Below are positions 26,821-36,961 of a stretch of 64,000 nt of DNA, in pieces. Made by a program: the position numbers and the translations under genes. The first letter of the stretch is position 1; every line of letters starts with the position of its first letter. This DNA is from Anaeromyxobacter sp. (GTDB lineage: Bacteria; Myxococcota; Myxococcia; Myxococcales; Anaeromyxobacteraceae), in contig JANMRY010000167.1 in the NCBI GenBank assembly GCA_031388695.1, forward strand, positions 15,206-79,205, in the 5' to 3' direction. The notes under the pieces were generated by a model, which worked only from the letters and a program-made list of their open reading frames with translations, was not told where the DNA came from and made no database searches.

Positions 26821-28605
26821 CTACCCGGCGTAAGGCGGCGGAGGCGGGGCGGCAGGCGGTGGAGGCGGAGGCATGGGCGGCGGGGTGGTGGCCACCACCG
26901 TCTCCAGCACCGGGGTCTGGCCGAAGCGGGTGCGCAGCACGGCGCCGAAGGTGGCCATCACCAGGGTGGCCCAGAGCATCCAGCCGAGGAAGGGGATGGC
27001 GAAGGCCAGCAGCACCAGCCCGAGCCCGACGGCCAGCTGCAGGATGCCGGTGCCGCGGTGGAGCGTGGTCGGCATGGCCCGGCCGATCAGCACGGCCACC
27101 GCGGTCACGCCCATCAAGTAGGCGACGCCGAGGCCGAGCACCTGGATGACCAGCAGCGGGATGCCGACGATGGTCACCACCAGCAGCAGGGAGAGCAGCG
27201 GCTGGGCCAGCAGCCCGAGCAGGCCGGCCAGCACCGACTTGGCCGGGTTGGCCACCAGCGAGGCGGCCACCGCCTCGACCCGGCGCGGGAAGAAGGTCAG
27301 CAGCAGGAAGCCGAGCAGCAGCATGACGCCGAACTGGGCCACCCACTTGGCCAGCACCCAGCCGCCGCTGCTGCTGCCCTCGTCTGGCGCCTTGAGGCTG
27401 AGGGCCTGGAGGAACTGGCCCGCTCCCGGGAAGCCGATGGTCACCTTCTGGCCGCCGACGTCGCCGGCCGGGTCGATGAGCACGCGCCCGCCGATGGCGA
27501 CGGCGTCCTTCTCGACCGCGGCGCCCGGGCCGACGTGGACGTCACCGCCGATGGCCACCACCTGGCGGGCCGAGGCGCCGGCCTCGAGCGTGACCGAGCC
27601 GAGCACCGCCACCACCTCGCGGGCCTCGGCGCCGGGGCGCAGGGTGACGCTGCCGCGCACCGCCGAGACGTCGCGGGCGGTCTGGCCCGGCTCGATGACC
27701 ACGTCACCGCCGACGCTCTCGCGGTCGGAGCGGGAGCCGCCCTCGGCGAGCCGCACGGCGCGCTCGGCGCTGCGAGCCTCCCGCTCGGCGCTCCGGGTGG
27801 CGTCCTCGGTGAGCCGCTCGATCTCCTCGCCGATCTCGGAGAAGGCGTCGGCGAAGCGGGCCCGGTGGCCGGCCCGCGGCGTCAGCATGACCACGTTGCC
27901 CTGGCGCTCGGCGGTGAGGCCGGCCAGGGGCAGGATGGCCCGGAGCACGTCCTCCACCGGGGCGTCCTTGAAGGTGGCGGTCACCTTGCCGTGCATCCCG
28001 GGCGGGAGGGAGATGGAGAGGCCGGTCTTGCGCCCGACCTCCATCAGGGCGTCGCGTCCGTCGATGTCCTCGAAGTCGCCGGTGAAGAGCTTGCCGGTCG
28101 GCTTGTCGAAGCCGGAGAGCAACGGCCTGGCCGGCTGGGGCGGCTTGACCGGCCCGAGTCCCGGGGCCACGGCGACGATGGTGCCGCGGCGCGTGGCCAC
28201 CAGCCCGGAGCCGGAGAGCACGGCGCGCAGCGCCTCCTCGACGGGGACGTCCTTGAGCCGCAGCAGCAGCATCCGGTCGCCGAGGCGGCCGGTGTTGGTG
28301 GCCACGCTCCAGCCGGCCGCCTTGCCGATCTCGGCCACGGCGTCGTCGATGGTCTCCTTCCCATCGAGGGTGATCCGCTTGCCGGAGGGATCGGCAGGCC
28401 ACTCGCCGCGCAGCAGCTCCCCGTCGATCGCCAACGCCTGGACGCGGGTGACCTCGATCCGGGTTGCCGGCCGACCCGGAGGGGCGGGCGGCGCGGGGGG
28501 CGCAGGGGGTGCGGGGCGGATCTGCGCCGGGGGCGCCGGCGGGGCCGCTGGGGCCTCGAGCTCGGGGGCCTGGAGCAGGAGGATGGAGGCTGCGAGGACC
28601 AGCAT
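26821..28605 (-). CDS. Membrane protein with signal peptide, poly-Pro linker, two STN-like domains, beta-helical (bactofilin-like) repeats, a polytopic C-terminal region and a poly-Pro tail
   Basis: ATG at 28605. The (APP)n linker is followed by two segments with the STN-like pattern (...VEEALRAVLSGSGLVATRRGTIVAVAP and ...VEDVLRAILPLAGLTAERQGNVVMLTP). A repetitive V-x-G-x-V region follows (GDVVIEPG...VRGSVTLRPG...VLGSVTLEAG...IGGDVHVGPG...IGGRVLIDP). There are four to five hydrophobic helices, and the protein ends PPPMPPPPPPAAPPPPPYAG. Confidence 0.75.
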   Translation of the reverse strand: MLVLAASILLLQAPELEAPAAPPAPPAQIRPAPPAPPAPPAPPGRPATRIEVTRVQALAIDGELLRGEWPADPSGKRITLDGKETIDDAVAEIGKAAGWSVATNTGRLGDRMLLLRLKDVPVEEALRAVLSGSGLVATRRGTIVAVAPGLGPVKPPQPARPLLSGFDKPTGKLFTGDFEDIDGRDALMEVGRKTGLSISLPPGMHGKVTATFKDAPVEDVLRAILPLAGLTAERQGNVVMLTPRAGHRARFADAFSEIGEEIERLTEDATRSAEREARSAERAVRLAEGGSRSDRESVGGDVVIEPGQTARDVSAVRGSVTLRPGAEAREVVAVLGSVTLEAGASARQVVAIGGDVHVGPGAAVEKDAVAIGGRVLIDPAGDVGGQKVTIGFPGAGQFLQALSLKAPDEGSSSGGWVLAKWVAQFGVMLLLGFLLLTFFPRRVEAVAASLVANPAKSVLAGLLGLLAQPLLSLLLVVTIVGIPLLVIQVLGLGVAYLMGVTAVAVLIGRAMPTTLHRGTGILQLAVGLGLVLLAFAIPFLGWMLWATLVMATFGAVLRTRFGQTPVLETVVATTPPPMPPPPPPAAPPPPPYAG

Positions 28606-28616
28606 GGAGGCTCCGT

Positions 28617-29144
28617 TCAGATCGACTCGGTGCGGGGCGCCGGCATGAGCCGGGAGAGCCCGTAGAAGAGGGGCAGGGAGAGGGCGGTGGTGGCGAGCAG
28701 CAGCGGCAACCGCAGCGCCGAGAGCAGACCGGGCAGCACGCCGGCGCCGACCCGGATGGCGCGCATGGCGAGGTCGAGCTGCTCGGAGGCGGCGCTGACC
28801 ACGCTGCCGAGGCCGGAGGCGCCCGCGGTGGCGACGCCCAGCCCGGAGACCAGCAGGACAGCGGCGGCCAGCGCCATCCCGGCGCGCCGCTCGCGGGCGG
28901 CCGCCCGCTCCACCTCGTCGATGCAGCACATCACCCCGGCGGTGAAGTCGGCTGGCAACTCCGGCGCCGAGAGCCCGGCCAAGGCGTCGCCCAGGGCCGA
29001 GAAGGAGTCGACCAGCGCGCAGCACTCGCTGCAGCAGGCCAGGTGCTCCTCGACGCCGGCGTCGCTGGAGGGGTCGAGCTGCCCGTCGAGGAGCCGCTGC
29101 GCCTGGGCTTCGGTGAGGTGTCCGCTCAAGGTGGTCATGGTCAA
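28617..29144 (-). CDS. Anti-sigma factor (zf-HC2 type) with one TM segment
   Basis: HLACCSECC fits H-x3-C-x2-C. Its start overlaps the sigma factor stop by 4 nt (ATGA). Confidence 0.8.
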   Translation of the reverse strand: MTMTTLSGHLTEAQAQRLLDGQLDPSSDAGVEEHLACCSECCALVDSFSALGDALAGLSAPELPADFTAGVMCCIDEVERAAARERRAGMALAAAVLLVSGLGVATAGASGLGSVVSAASEQLDLAMRAIRVGAGVLPGLLSALRLPLLLATTALSLPLFYGLSRLMPAPRTESI

Positions 29145-29722
29145 CTCTCCAGTCCCTGCTCGGTGAGCGTCACGCGCAGCTTGCTGCGGGCGCGGTGCAG
29201 CCAGGTCATCACGGTCCCCATGGGCACGTCGAGCGTCTCGGCGATCTCCTTGTAGGAGAGCTGCTCGACATGGAAGAGCTGGATCACCTCGCGGTAGTTG
29301 GCCGGCAGGGCCGCCACCGCCGCCTCGAGGGTGGCCCGGGTCTGCGACCGCTCGAGCAGCGCATCGGCGGCCGGACCGTCGCTGGCCAGCTCATGAACCG
29401 GGGCGCCCTCCTCGGGCGTGGCGTCGAGCGCCACCTGCCGGCCGGCCGGGACGCGGCGGCGCAGCTGGTCGAGCGCGTGGTTGCGGGCGATGCGCAGCAG
29501 CCAGGGGCCGAAGGGCTGCGCCGCGTCGTAGGTGGAGATGGCGCTCCAGGCCCGGACGAAGGTCTCCTGCGCGGCGTCACGGGACTCCTCGGGGTCGCGC
29601 AGCAGGCGGAAGACCAGGCCGTGGACCGAGCGGCGGTGGAGGTCGACCAGCCGGGCGAAGGCGGGGCGATCGCCGCGGGAAGCGGCGCGGGCGAGGAGCG
29701 CATCTGGTTCGAGCTCCTTCAC
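29141..29722 (-). CDS. ECF (group IV) RNA polymerase sigma factor
   Basis: Region 2 is FARLVDLHRRSVHGLVFRLLRDPEESRDAAQETFVRAW. Region 4 is LPANYREVIQLFHVEQLSYKEIAETLDVPMGTVMTWLHRARSKL. The start is uncertain: GTG at 29722 or ATG at 29791. Confidence 0.88.
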   Translation of the reverse strand: MKELEPDALLARAASRGDRPAFARLVDLHRRSVHGLVFRLLRDPEESRDAAQETFVRAWSAISTYDAAQPFGPWLLRIARNHALDQLRRRVPAGRQVALDATPEEGAPVHELASDGPAADALLERSQTRATLEAAVAALPANYREVIQLFHVEQLSYKEIAETLDVPMGTVMTWLHRARSKLRVTLTEQGLES

Positions 29723-29972
29723 CTGGGGCAGCACCTCGGCGAGGGCGGGGAGGGAGAATAAGTAACCTGGGGATGTCGTGGCGCCAACCATGCCATTCCA
29801 TACGGGAAACGGCGGGCGGTATTTCAGCCCCCGCCGATTCCTTCGATCCCTTCCCGGAGCAGCTCGAAGAGCCGGGCCGGCGAGGACGGTTTGCAAGGAA
29901 CTACAATGAGTTAGGCGCTCGCACCGACCCTTCGGGCGCCCCGGCTCGGCGGGACGCGCTAGAGTCGAGCCA

Positions 29973-31091
29973 ATGGCGCTCGCGCTGCCCATCCTGATCG
30001 ACGGCTCGCGCGGCGAAGGGGGAGACCAGCTGCTGCGGACGGCGCTGGCGCTCTCCGCGTCGACCGGCCGTCCCTTCTCCATCACCCGGCTGCGCACCGG
30101 GCAGGAGCGCCCCGGGCTGAGCGCCGAGCAGGTGGCGGTGGTCCGGGCCGCGGCGTCGCTATGTGATGCGCTGCTGGAAGGGGACATCGAGGGGAGCGAG
30201 CGGCTCGGCTTCGCCCCGCGTCGCCGGGCGGTTGCCGGCGACCATGCCTTCGACCTGCCGGGCGCCGGCTCGGTCCCGCTGCTGCTCCAGACCCTCTGCT
30301 GGCCGCTGGCGCTGGCCGGGGCCCCCTCGACGCTGACGCTCCGGGGCGCCACGCACCTGGCGGGTGGCCCGAGCTTCCACGAGCTGGCGCTGGTCTGGGC
30401 GCCGGCCATGGCCCGGCTCGGGTTCGGCTTCGAGCTCGGCCTGCAGGCGGCCGGCTTCGCGCCGGAGGGTGGCGGCGCCTGCACCGTCCGGATCGAGCCG
30501 GCCCACGCCATGCCGCCGCTCGACCTGCGCCAGCGCGGCCTGCTCCGCTCGGTCGAGGTGCTGTCCCTGGTCGGAGGCCTCCCCTGGGCCGACGCGGTCG
30601 CCGAGGCGGCCCACGCCGAGCGGGGGCTGCGGGCGCTCGGTGTCCCGGCCGAGCTGGAGCGGATCGCCATGCCGGTGCACGGCTCGCGAGGCCGCCAGAC
30701 CCTGCTGGTGGCCAGCTTCGAGCGGATCCGCTCCGGCCACGCCGCCATCCGCGCAGGCGACCGGGCCGGGGAGGGTGCCGCCGGCGAGGCGGTGGCCGAC
30801 CTGCAGGCCCACCTGGAGCGAGGCGGGGCGGTCGACCCGCACCTGGCCGACCAGCTGCTCCTGCCGGCCGCGCTGCTGGCCGCGGGACTGGTGGCGCCGG
30901 CCGCTGGAGTCGAGCCGGCGACCCGCTTCACCACCTCGGCCCGGACCCCGCAGCTCACCGGGACCGCCGAGGTGATCGAGCGCTTCCTCGACGTCGAGGT
31001 GAGCCTGGTCGGCCACCTGGGCGAGGAGGTCGAGGTCCGGGTCCAGCCGCCCGGCGGCGGGGCCGGGCTGTTGCCGCTCCCGGGCCGCTGA
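29973..31091 (+). CDS. rtcA: RNA 3'-terminal phosphate cyclase
   Basis: IDGSRGEGGDQLLRTALALSASTGRPFSITRLR...RPGLSAEQ and ...DPHLADQLLLPAAL are typical RtcA strings. Confidence 0.88.
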   Translation: MALALPILIDGSRGEGGDQLLRTALALSASTGRPFSITRLRTGQERPGLSAEQVAVVRAAASLCDALLEGDIEGSERLGFAPRRRAVAGDHAFDLPGAGSVPLLLQTLCWPLALAGAPSTLTLRGATHLAGGPSFHELALVWAPAMARLGFGFELGLQAAGFAPEGGGACTVRIEPAHAMPPLDLRQRGLLRSVEVLSLVGGLPWADAVAEAAHAERGLRALGVPAELERIAMPVHGSRGRQTLLVASFERIRSGHAAIRAGDRAGEGAAGEAVADLQAHLERGGAVDPHLADQLLLPAALLAAGLVAPAAGVEPATRFTTSARTPQLTGTAEVIERFLDVEVSLVGHLGEEVEVRVQPPGGGAGLLPLPGR

Positions 31092-31158
31092 GGCGGGGCG
31101 GGGTGCCACTCCAACCAGCATTGTCGCGCCCGGGGCGGGCGGTTATAAGAGCCACCCC

Positions 31159-32247
31159 ATGGCCATCGACAAGAACAGCGCGCTGGAAGCCCTCAAGAAG
31201 GTCGACGATCCTGAGCTGCACCGCGATCTCGTCAGCCTCGGGATGATCAAGGACCTCGAGGTCCAGGGAGGGGCCGTCTCCCTCAAGGTGGAGCTGACCA
31301 CCCCGGCCTGCCCCCTGAAGGATACCATCGGCAAGGACGTCGAGGCGGCCCTGCGCGGCGCCGGCGCCACCGCCGTCAAGATCACCTGGGGCGCCCAGGT
31401 CCGCTCCGCCCCGGGCGTGGCCGCCGCCTCGCTCACCCCGGGGGTGAAGAACATCATCCTGGTCGGCGCCGGCAAGGGCGGCGTCGGCAAGAGCACCGTC
31501 GCGATCAACCTCGCCGTGGCGCTGGCCCAGCTCGGCGCCAAGGTCGGCATCCTCGACGCCGACATCTATGGCCCGTCGGTGCCCATCCTCACCGGCGTCA
31601 CCGAGAAGCCGACCTCCAAGGACGGCAAGAAGATCTCGCCGCTGCGCGCCCACGGCGTCGACGTGATGTCGATCGGCTTCCTGGTCGACCCCGACCAGGC
31701 GCTCATCTGGCGCGGCCCCATGGCGACCGGCGCGCTGCTGCAGCTGCTCCGCGAGGTCGAGTGGGGCGAGCTCGACTACCTGGTCCTCGACCTCCCGCCC
31801 GGCACTGGAGACATCCCGCTCACCATCTCCCAGAACGTCAAGGCGGCCGGCGTGGTGCTGGTCTCGACCCCGCAGGACGTGGCGCTGGCCGACGTCATCC
31901 GCGCCAAGCTGATGTTCGACAAGGTCTCGGTCCCCATCCTCGGGCTGGTCGAGAACATGTCGGCCTTCATCTGCCCGCACTGCCACGTCGAGACCCCCAT
32001 CTTCGACAAGGGCGGGGCCAGGGACGCGGCCGAGAAGATGGGGATCCGCTTCCTCGGCGAGGTGCCGCTCGATCTCGCCATCCGGGTCGGGGGCGACAAG
32101 GGGCTGCCGGTGGTGGCTGGAGCGCCCGACAGCGCCCAGGCCAAGGCCTTCATCGACGTGGCCAGGCAGGTGGCCGGCGCGGTGAGCCAGCAGGTGGTCA
32201 CTGCCCCCCGGCTGCCGGTGATTGGTCAGCCGGCCGTCCGGGGGTAG
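31159..32247 (+). CDS. apbC: Mrp/NBP35-family Fe-S cluster carrier ATPase (ApbC) with N-terminal DUF59-like domain
   Basis: VDDPELHRDLVSLGMIKDL, GKGGVGKST, the CPHC motif, and DYLVLDLPPGTGD. Confidence 0.92.
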   Translation: MAIDKNSALEALKKVDDPELHRDLVSLGMIKDLEVQGGAVSLKVELTTPACPLKDTIGKDVEAALRGAGATAVKITWGAQVRSAPGVAAASLTPGVKNIILVGAGKGGVGKSTVAINLAVALAQLGAKVGILDADIYGPSVPILTGVTEKPTSKDGKKISPLRAHGVDVMSIGFLVDPDQALIWRGPMATGALLQLLREVEWGELDYLVLDLPPGTGDIPLTISQNVKAAGVVLVSTPQDVALADVIRAKLMFDKVSVPILGLVENMSAFICPHCHVETPIFDKGGARDAAEKMGIRFLGEVPLDLAIRVGGDKGLPVVAGAPDSAQAKAFIDVARQVAGAVSQQVVTAPRLPVIGQPAVRG

Positions 32248-32273
32248 GATCCAGAGCGCCTCAAGGGGGTGCC

Positions 32274-32675
32274 ATGGACGAACCGCGCACGGACGAGCAG
32301 GGGACCGAAGGCGCCAAGGGGCTGCAGGACGCCCTGCGCAAGGTGATCCTGACGGGGATGGGCGCGCTCTTCCTCACCGAGGAGGGGGCGCGCAAGCTGG
32401 CGCGCGAGTGGAAGCTGCCGAAGGAGCTGGTCGGCTACCTCGGCCAGCAGGCCAGCGGCGCCAAGGAGGAGGTGCTGCGCATCTTCTCCGACGAGGTCCG
32501 CCGCTTCTTCGAGTCGGAGGCGGTGCGGCGCGAGGTGGCCCGCACCCTGTCGTCGATGGTGATCGAGGTGAAGGCCGAGATCAGGGTCCGCCCCGACGCC
32601 TCCGGCGAGCCGAAGCCGGAGGTCAAGGCCGAGGTGAAGGCCCGCGCCGCCGGGGACGAGCCGGCCGAGGACTGA
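32274..32675 (+). CDS. Small helical protein, phasin-like (COG3937-type pattern), function unknown
   Basis: ATG preceded by AAGGGGG. LQDALRKVILTGMGALFLTEEGARKLAREWKLPKE resembles PHA-granule phasin-like proteins. The assignment is weak. Confidence 0.55.
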   Translation: MDEPRTDEQGTEGAKGLQDALRKVILTGMGALFLTEEGARKLAREWKLPKELVGYLGQQASGAKEEVLRIFSDEVRRFFESEAVRREVARTLSSMVIEVKAEIRVRPDASGEPKPEVKAEVKARAAGDEPAED

Positions 32676-32777
32676 CGGCGCTCCATCCGCTGGAGCGGCG
32701 ATCCACCGCCCGCGGGATCGGGCCGCCTGATCGTGGTCAAGAGCGCGACGGGCCGGGCTGGGCGCGCGTTTGACGCG

Positions 32778-32806
32778 TTGACTTCCGCCCGGACGTTCTC
32801 TTACAT
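32778..32806 (+). promoter_or_regulatory. Sigma70-like promoter candidate TTGACT-N17-TTACAT upstream of the hbd-crt-acd genes
   Basis: TTGACT is at 32778-32783, followed by a 17-nt spacer and TTACAT at 32801-32806. It lies ~30 nt upstream of the GTG at 32836. Confidence 0.4.
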
Positions 32807-32835
32807 GCGGTGAACCGTTGCAAGCGGAGGTGCGC

Positions 32836-33684
<849 letters not shown>

Positions 33685-33693
33685 GGGGGCCGG

Positions 33694-34485
33694 ATGTCAT
33701 TCCAGAACATCACCTGGGAGGTGTCGGACGGGCTCGGCACGCTCACCATCAACCGTCCCAAGCAGCTCAACGCCCTCGACGCCGCCACGCTCACCGAGAT
33801 CGCCGGGGCGCTGGAGCTGGCCCGGGCCCAGCCCGACGAGGTCCGGGCGGTGATCCTGACCGGGGCCGGCGAGAAGGCCTTCGTGGCCGGCGCCGACATC
33901 GCCGCCATGTCGAAGCTCGGTCCGGGCGAGGCCCGCGAGTTCGCGGCGCTCGGCCACCGCACCTTGAACGCCCTCGAGGCCCTGCCGGTGGTCACCATCG
34001 CCGCCGTCAACGGCTTCGCGCTCGGCGGCGGCTGCGAGCTGGCCATGGCCTGCGATCTCATCTACGCCTCGGAGAAGGCCCGCTTCGGCCAGCCCGAGGT
34101 CAACCTCGGCCTCATCCCCGGCTTCGGCGGGACCCAGCGGCTCATACGCAGGGTCGGGTTGATGCGCGCCAAGGAGATGATCTTCACCGGCGAGGTCCAA
34201 GACGCCGCCACCGCCCGGGCCATCGGGCTCTGCCTCGAGGTGCTGCCGCCCGAGAAGCTGCTGGAGCATGCCCGCGCCAAGGCCAGGGTGATCGCCTCGC
34301 GCGGCCCGGCCGCCGTGGCCACCTGCAAGCGGGTCATGCAGCAGGGGGCCGACCAGCTGCTGCCCCAGGCGCTCGACGCCGAGCGGCTCGCCTTCGCCGG
34401 TCTCTTCGGCACCCCGGAGACCCGGGAGGGCATGGCCGCCTTCCTGGAGAAGCGCCCCGCCAGCTTCACGCCCCGCGCTCCCTAG
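33694..34485 (+). CDS. Enoyl-CoA hydratase (crotonase family)
   Basis: LTINRPKQLNAL, GAGEKAFVAGADI, AAVNGFALGGGCELAMACD, GQPEVNLGLIPGFGGTQRL. Confidence 0.92.
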   Translation: MSFQNITWEVSDGLGTLTINRPKQLNALDAATLTEIAGALELARAQPDEVRAVILTGAGEKAFVAGADIAAMSKLGPGEAREFAALGHRTLNALEALPVVTIAAVNGFALGGGCELAMACDLIYASEKARFGQPEVNLGLIPGFGGTQRLIRRVGLMRAKEMIFTGEVQDAATARAIGLCLEVLPPEKLLEHARAKARVIASRGPAAVATCKRVMQQGADQLLPQALDAERLAFAGLFGTPETREGMAAFLEKRPASFTPRAP

Positions 34486-34578
34486 CGCCCGACCACCGCA
34501 GGCAGAGACCACCGCAGGCAGAAACCACCGCGGCGACCCGCTTCGAAGGGCGCCGACCGCAGCAGAGAGGACGCCTCC

Positions 34579-35721
<1,143 letters not shown>

Positions 35722-35762
35722 GGTCTGACGCCGGGGCCGGGGAGGCTTCCCGGCGAGACGCC

Positions 35763-36911
35763 ATGAACTTCCAGCCGAACGATGACCAGGCGGCCGTGGC
35801 CGCGACCACCCGGGCCTACGCCCGGGAGCGGATCGCCCCGGCGGTGCGGGAGAACGATCGCTCGGAGAAGTTCCCGGTCCAGCTCATCCGCGGCCTCGGC
35901 GAGCTGGGGCTGCTGGCGGTCAACGTCCCGGCCGAGCACGGCGGCTCCGAGGCCGGCGCCGTGGCCGCGGCCCTCTCGATGATGGAGCTGGCGGCCGTCG
36001 ACGCCTCGGTCACGGTCATCGTCGGGGTCACCAACATGGTGGCCGAGACCATCGCCAGGTACGGCACGCCGGAGCAGCAGGCCCGCCACCTGCCGAGGCT
36101 CGCCTCGGGGGAGTACCTGGCCGGCGCCTTCGGCCTCTCCGAGCCCGGGGCGGGCAGCGACCCCTCGGCCATCGCCACGCGCGCCGAGCGGCGCGGCGAC
36201 CGCTGGGTGCTCGACGGCGCCAAGCAGTGGATCACCAGCGGCGACGTGGCCGGGGTGGTGGTGGTCTGGGCCCGCACCGACCCGGCGCTGGCCGGGGGCC
36301 GGGGCATCACCGCCTTCCTGCTGCAGCCCGGGATGCACGGCTTCAGCGTCGGCAGGCACGAGGAGAAGCTGGGGCAGCGCTGCTCCTCGACCGTGTCCCT
36401 GGCCTTCGAGGGCGTCGAGGTGCCCGACGAGGCGAGGCTGGGCGCCATCGGCCAGGGGCTGGCCATCGCGCTCTCGGCGCTCGACGGCGGCCGCATCGGC
36501 ATCGCAGCGCAGGCGACCGGCACCATGCGGGCCGCGCTCGACGCCGCCAGCGCCTACGCCAAGGAGCGCAAGACCTTCGGCAAGCCGATCGCTGAACATC
36601 AAGCCATCGCCTTCATGCTGGCCGACATGGCGACCTGGCACGACGCCGGGCGGCTGATGACGCTGCGGGCGGCGGCGCTCAAGGAGGCGGGGGAGTCGAT
36701 CACCCAGGCCGCCTCGATGGCCAAGCTCTTCGCCAGCGAGGCGTCGCAGCGGGTGGTGGACGCCGCGGTGCAGATCCACGGCGGCTACGGCTACACCGAG
36801 GAGTACCCGGTGGCCAAGCTCTACCGCGACGCGCGGGTGCAGCGGATCTACGAGGGCACGAGCGAGATCCAGCGGATGGTCATCTCTCGCCACCTGCTGC
36901 GCGAGCGCTGA
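35763..36911 (+). CDS. Acyl-CoA dehydrogenase (second paralogue)
   Basis: MNFQPNDDQ..., [53 protein letters not shown]. Confidence 0.93.
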   Translation: MNFQPNDDQAAVAATTRAYARERIAPAVRENDRSEKFPVQLIRGLGELGLLAVNVPAEHGGSEAGAVAAALSMMELAAVDASVTVIVGVTNMVAETIARYGTPEQQARHLPRLASGEYLAGAFGLSEPGAGSDPSAIATRAERRGDRWVLDGAKQWITSGDVAGVVVVWARTDPALAGGRGITAFLLQPGMHGFSVGRHEEKLGQRCSSTVSLAFEGVEVPDEARLGAIGQGLAIALSALDGGRIGIAAQATGTMRAALDAASAYAKERKTFGKPIAEHQAIAFMLADMATWHDAGRLMTLRAAALKEAGESITQAASMAKLFASEASQRVVDAAVQIHGGYGYTEEYPVAKLYRDARVQRIYEGTSEIQRMVISRHLLRER

Positions 36912-36961
36912 GCCGGCCTTCCCTTCCGACCCCGGCGAGACCCGGCGCGCCTGACGACGGC

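Noticed and set aside
29880-29972. Sigma54 (-24/-12) promoter for rtcA, as in E. coli rtcBA
   Set aside because: The GG/GC elements near GGACGGTTTGCA have the wrong spacing (9 or 14 instead of 12), and no RtcR-like activator gene is adjacent.
32678-32697. Hairpin CGCTCCA-N5-TGGAGCG after the phasin-like gene as an intrinsic terminator
   Set aside because: The stem is only 7 bp and has no U-rich tail. It is too weak to call as a feature.
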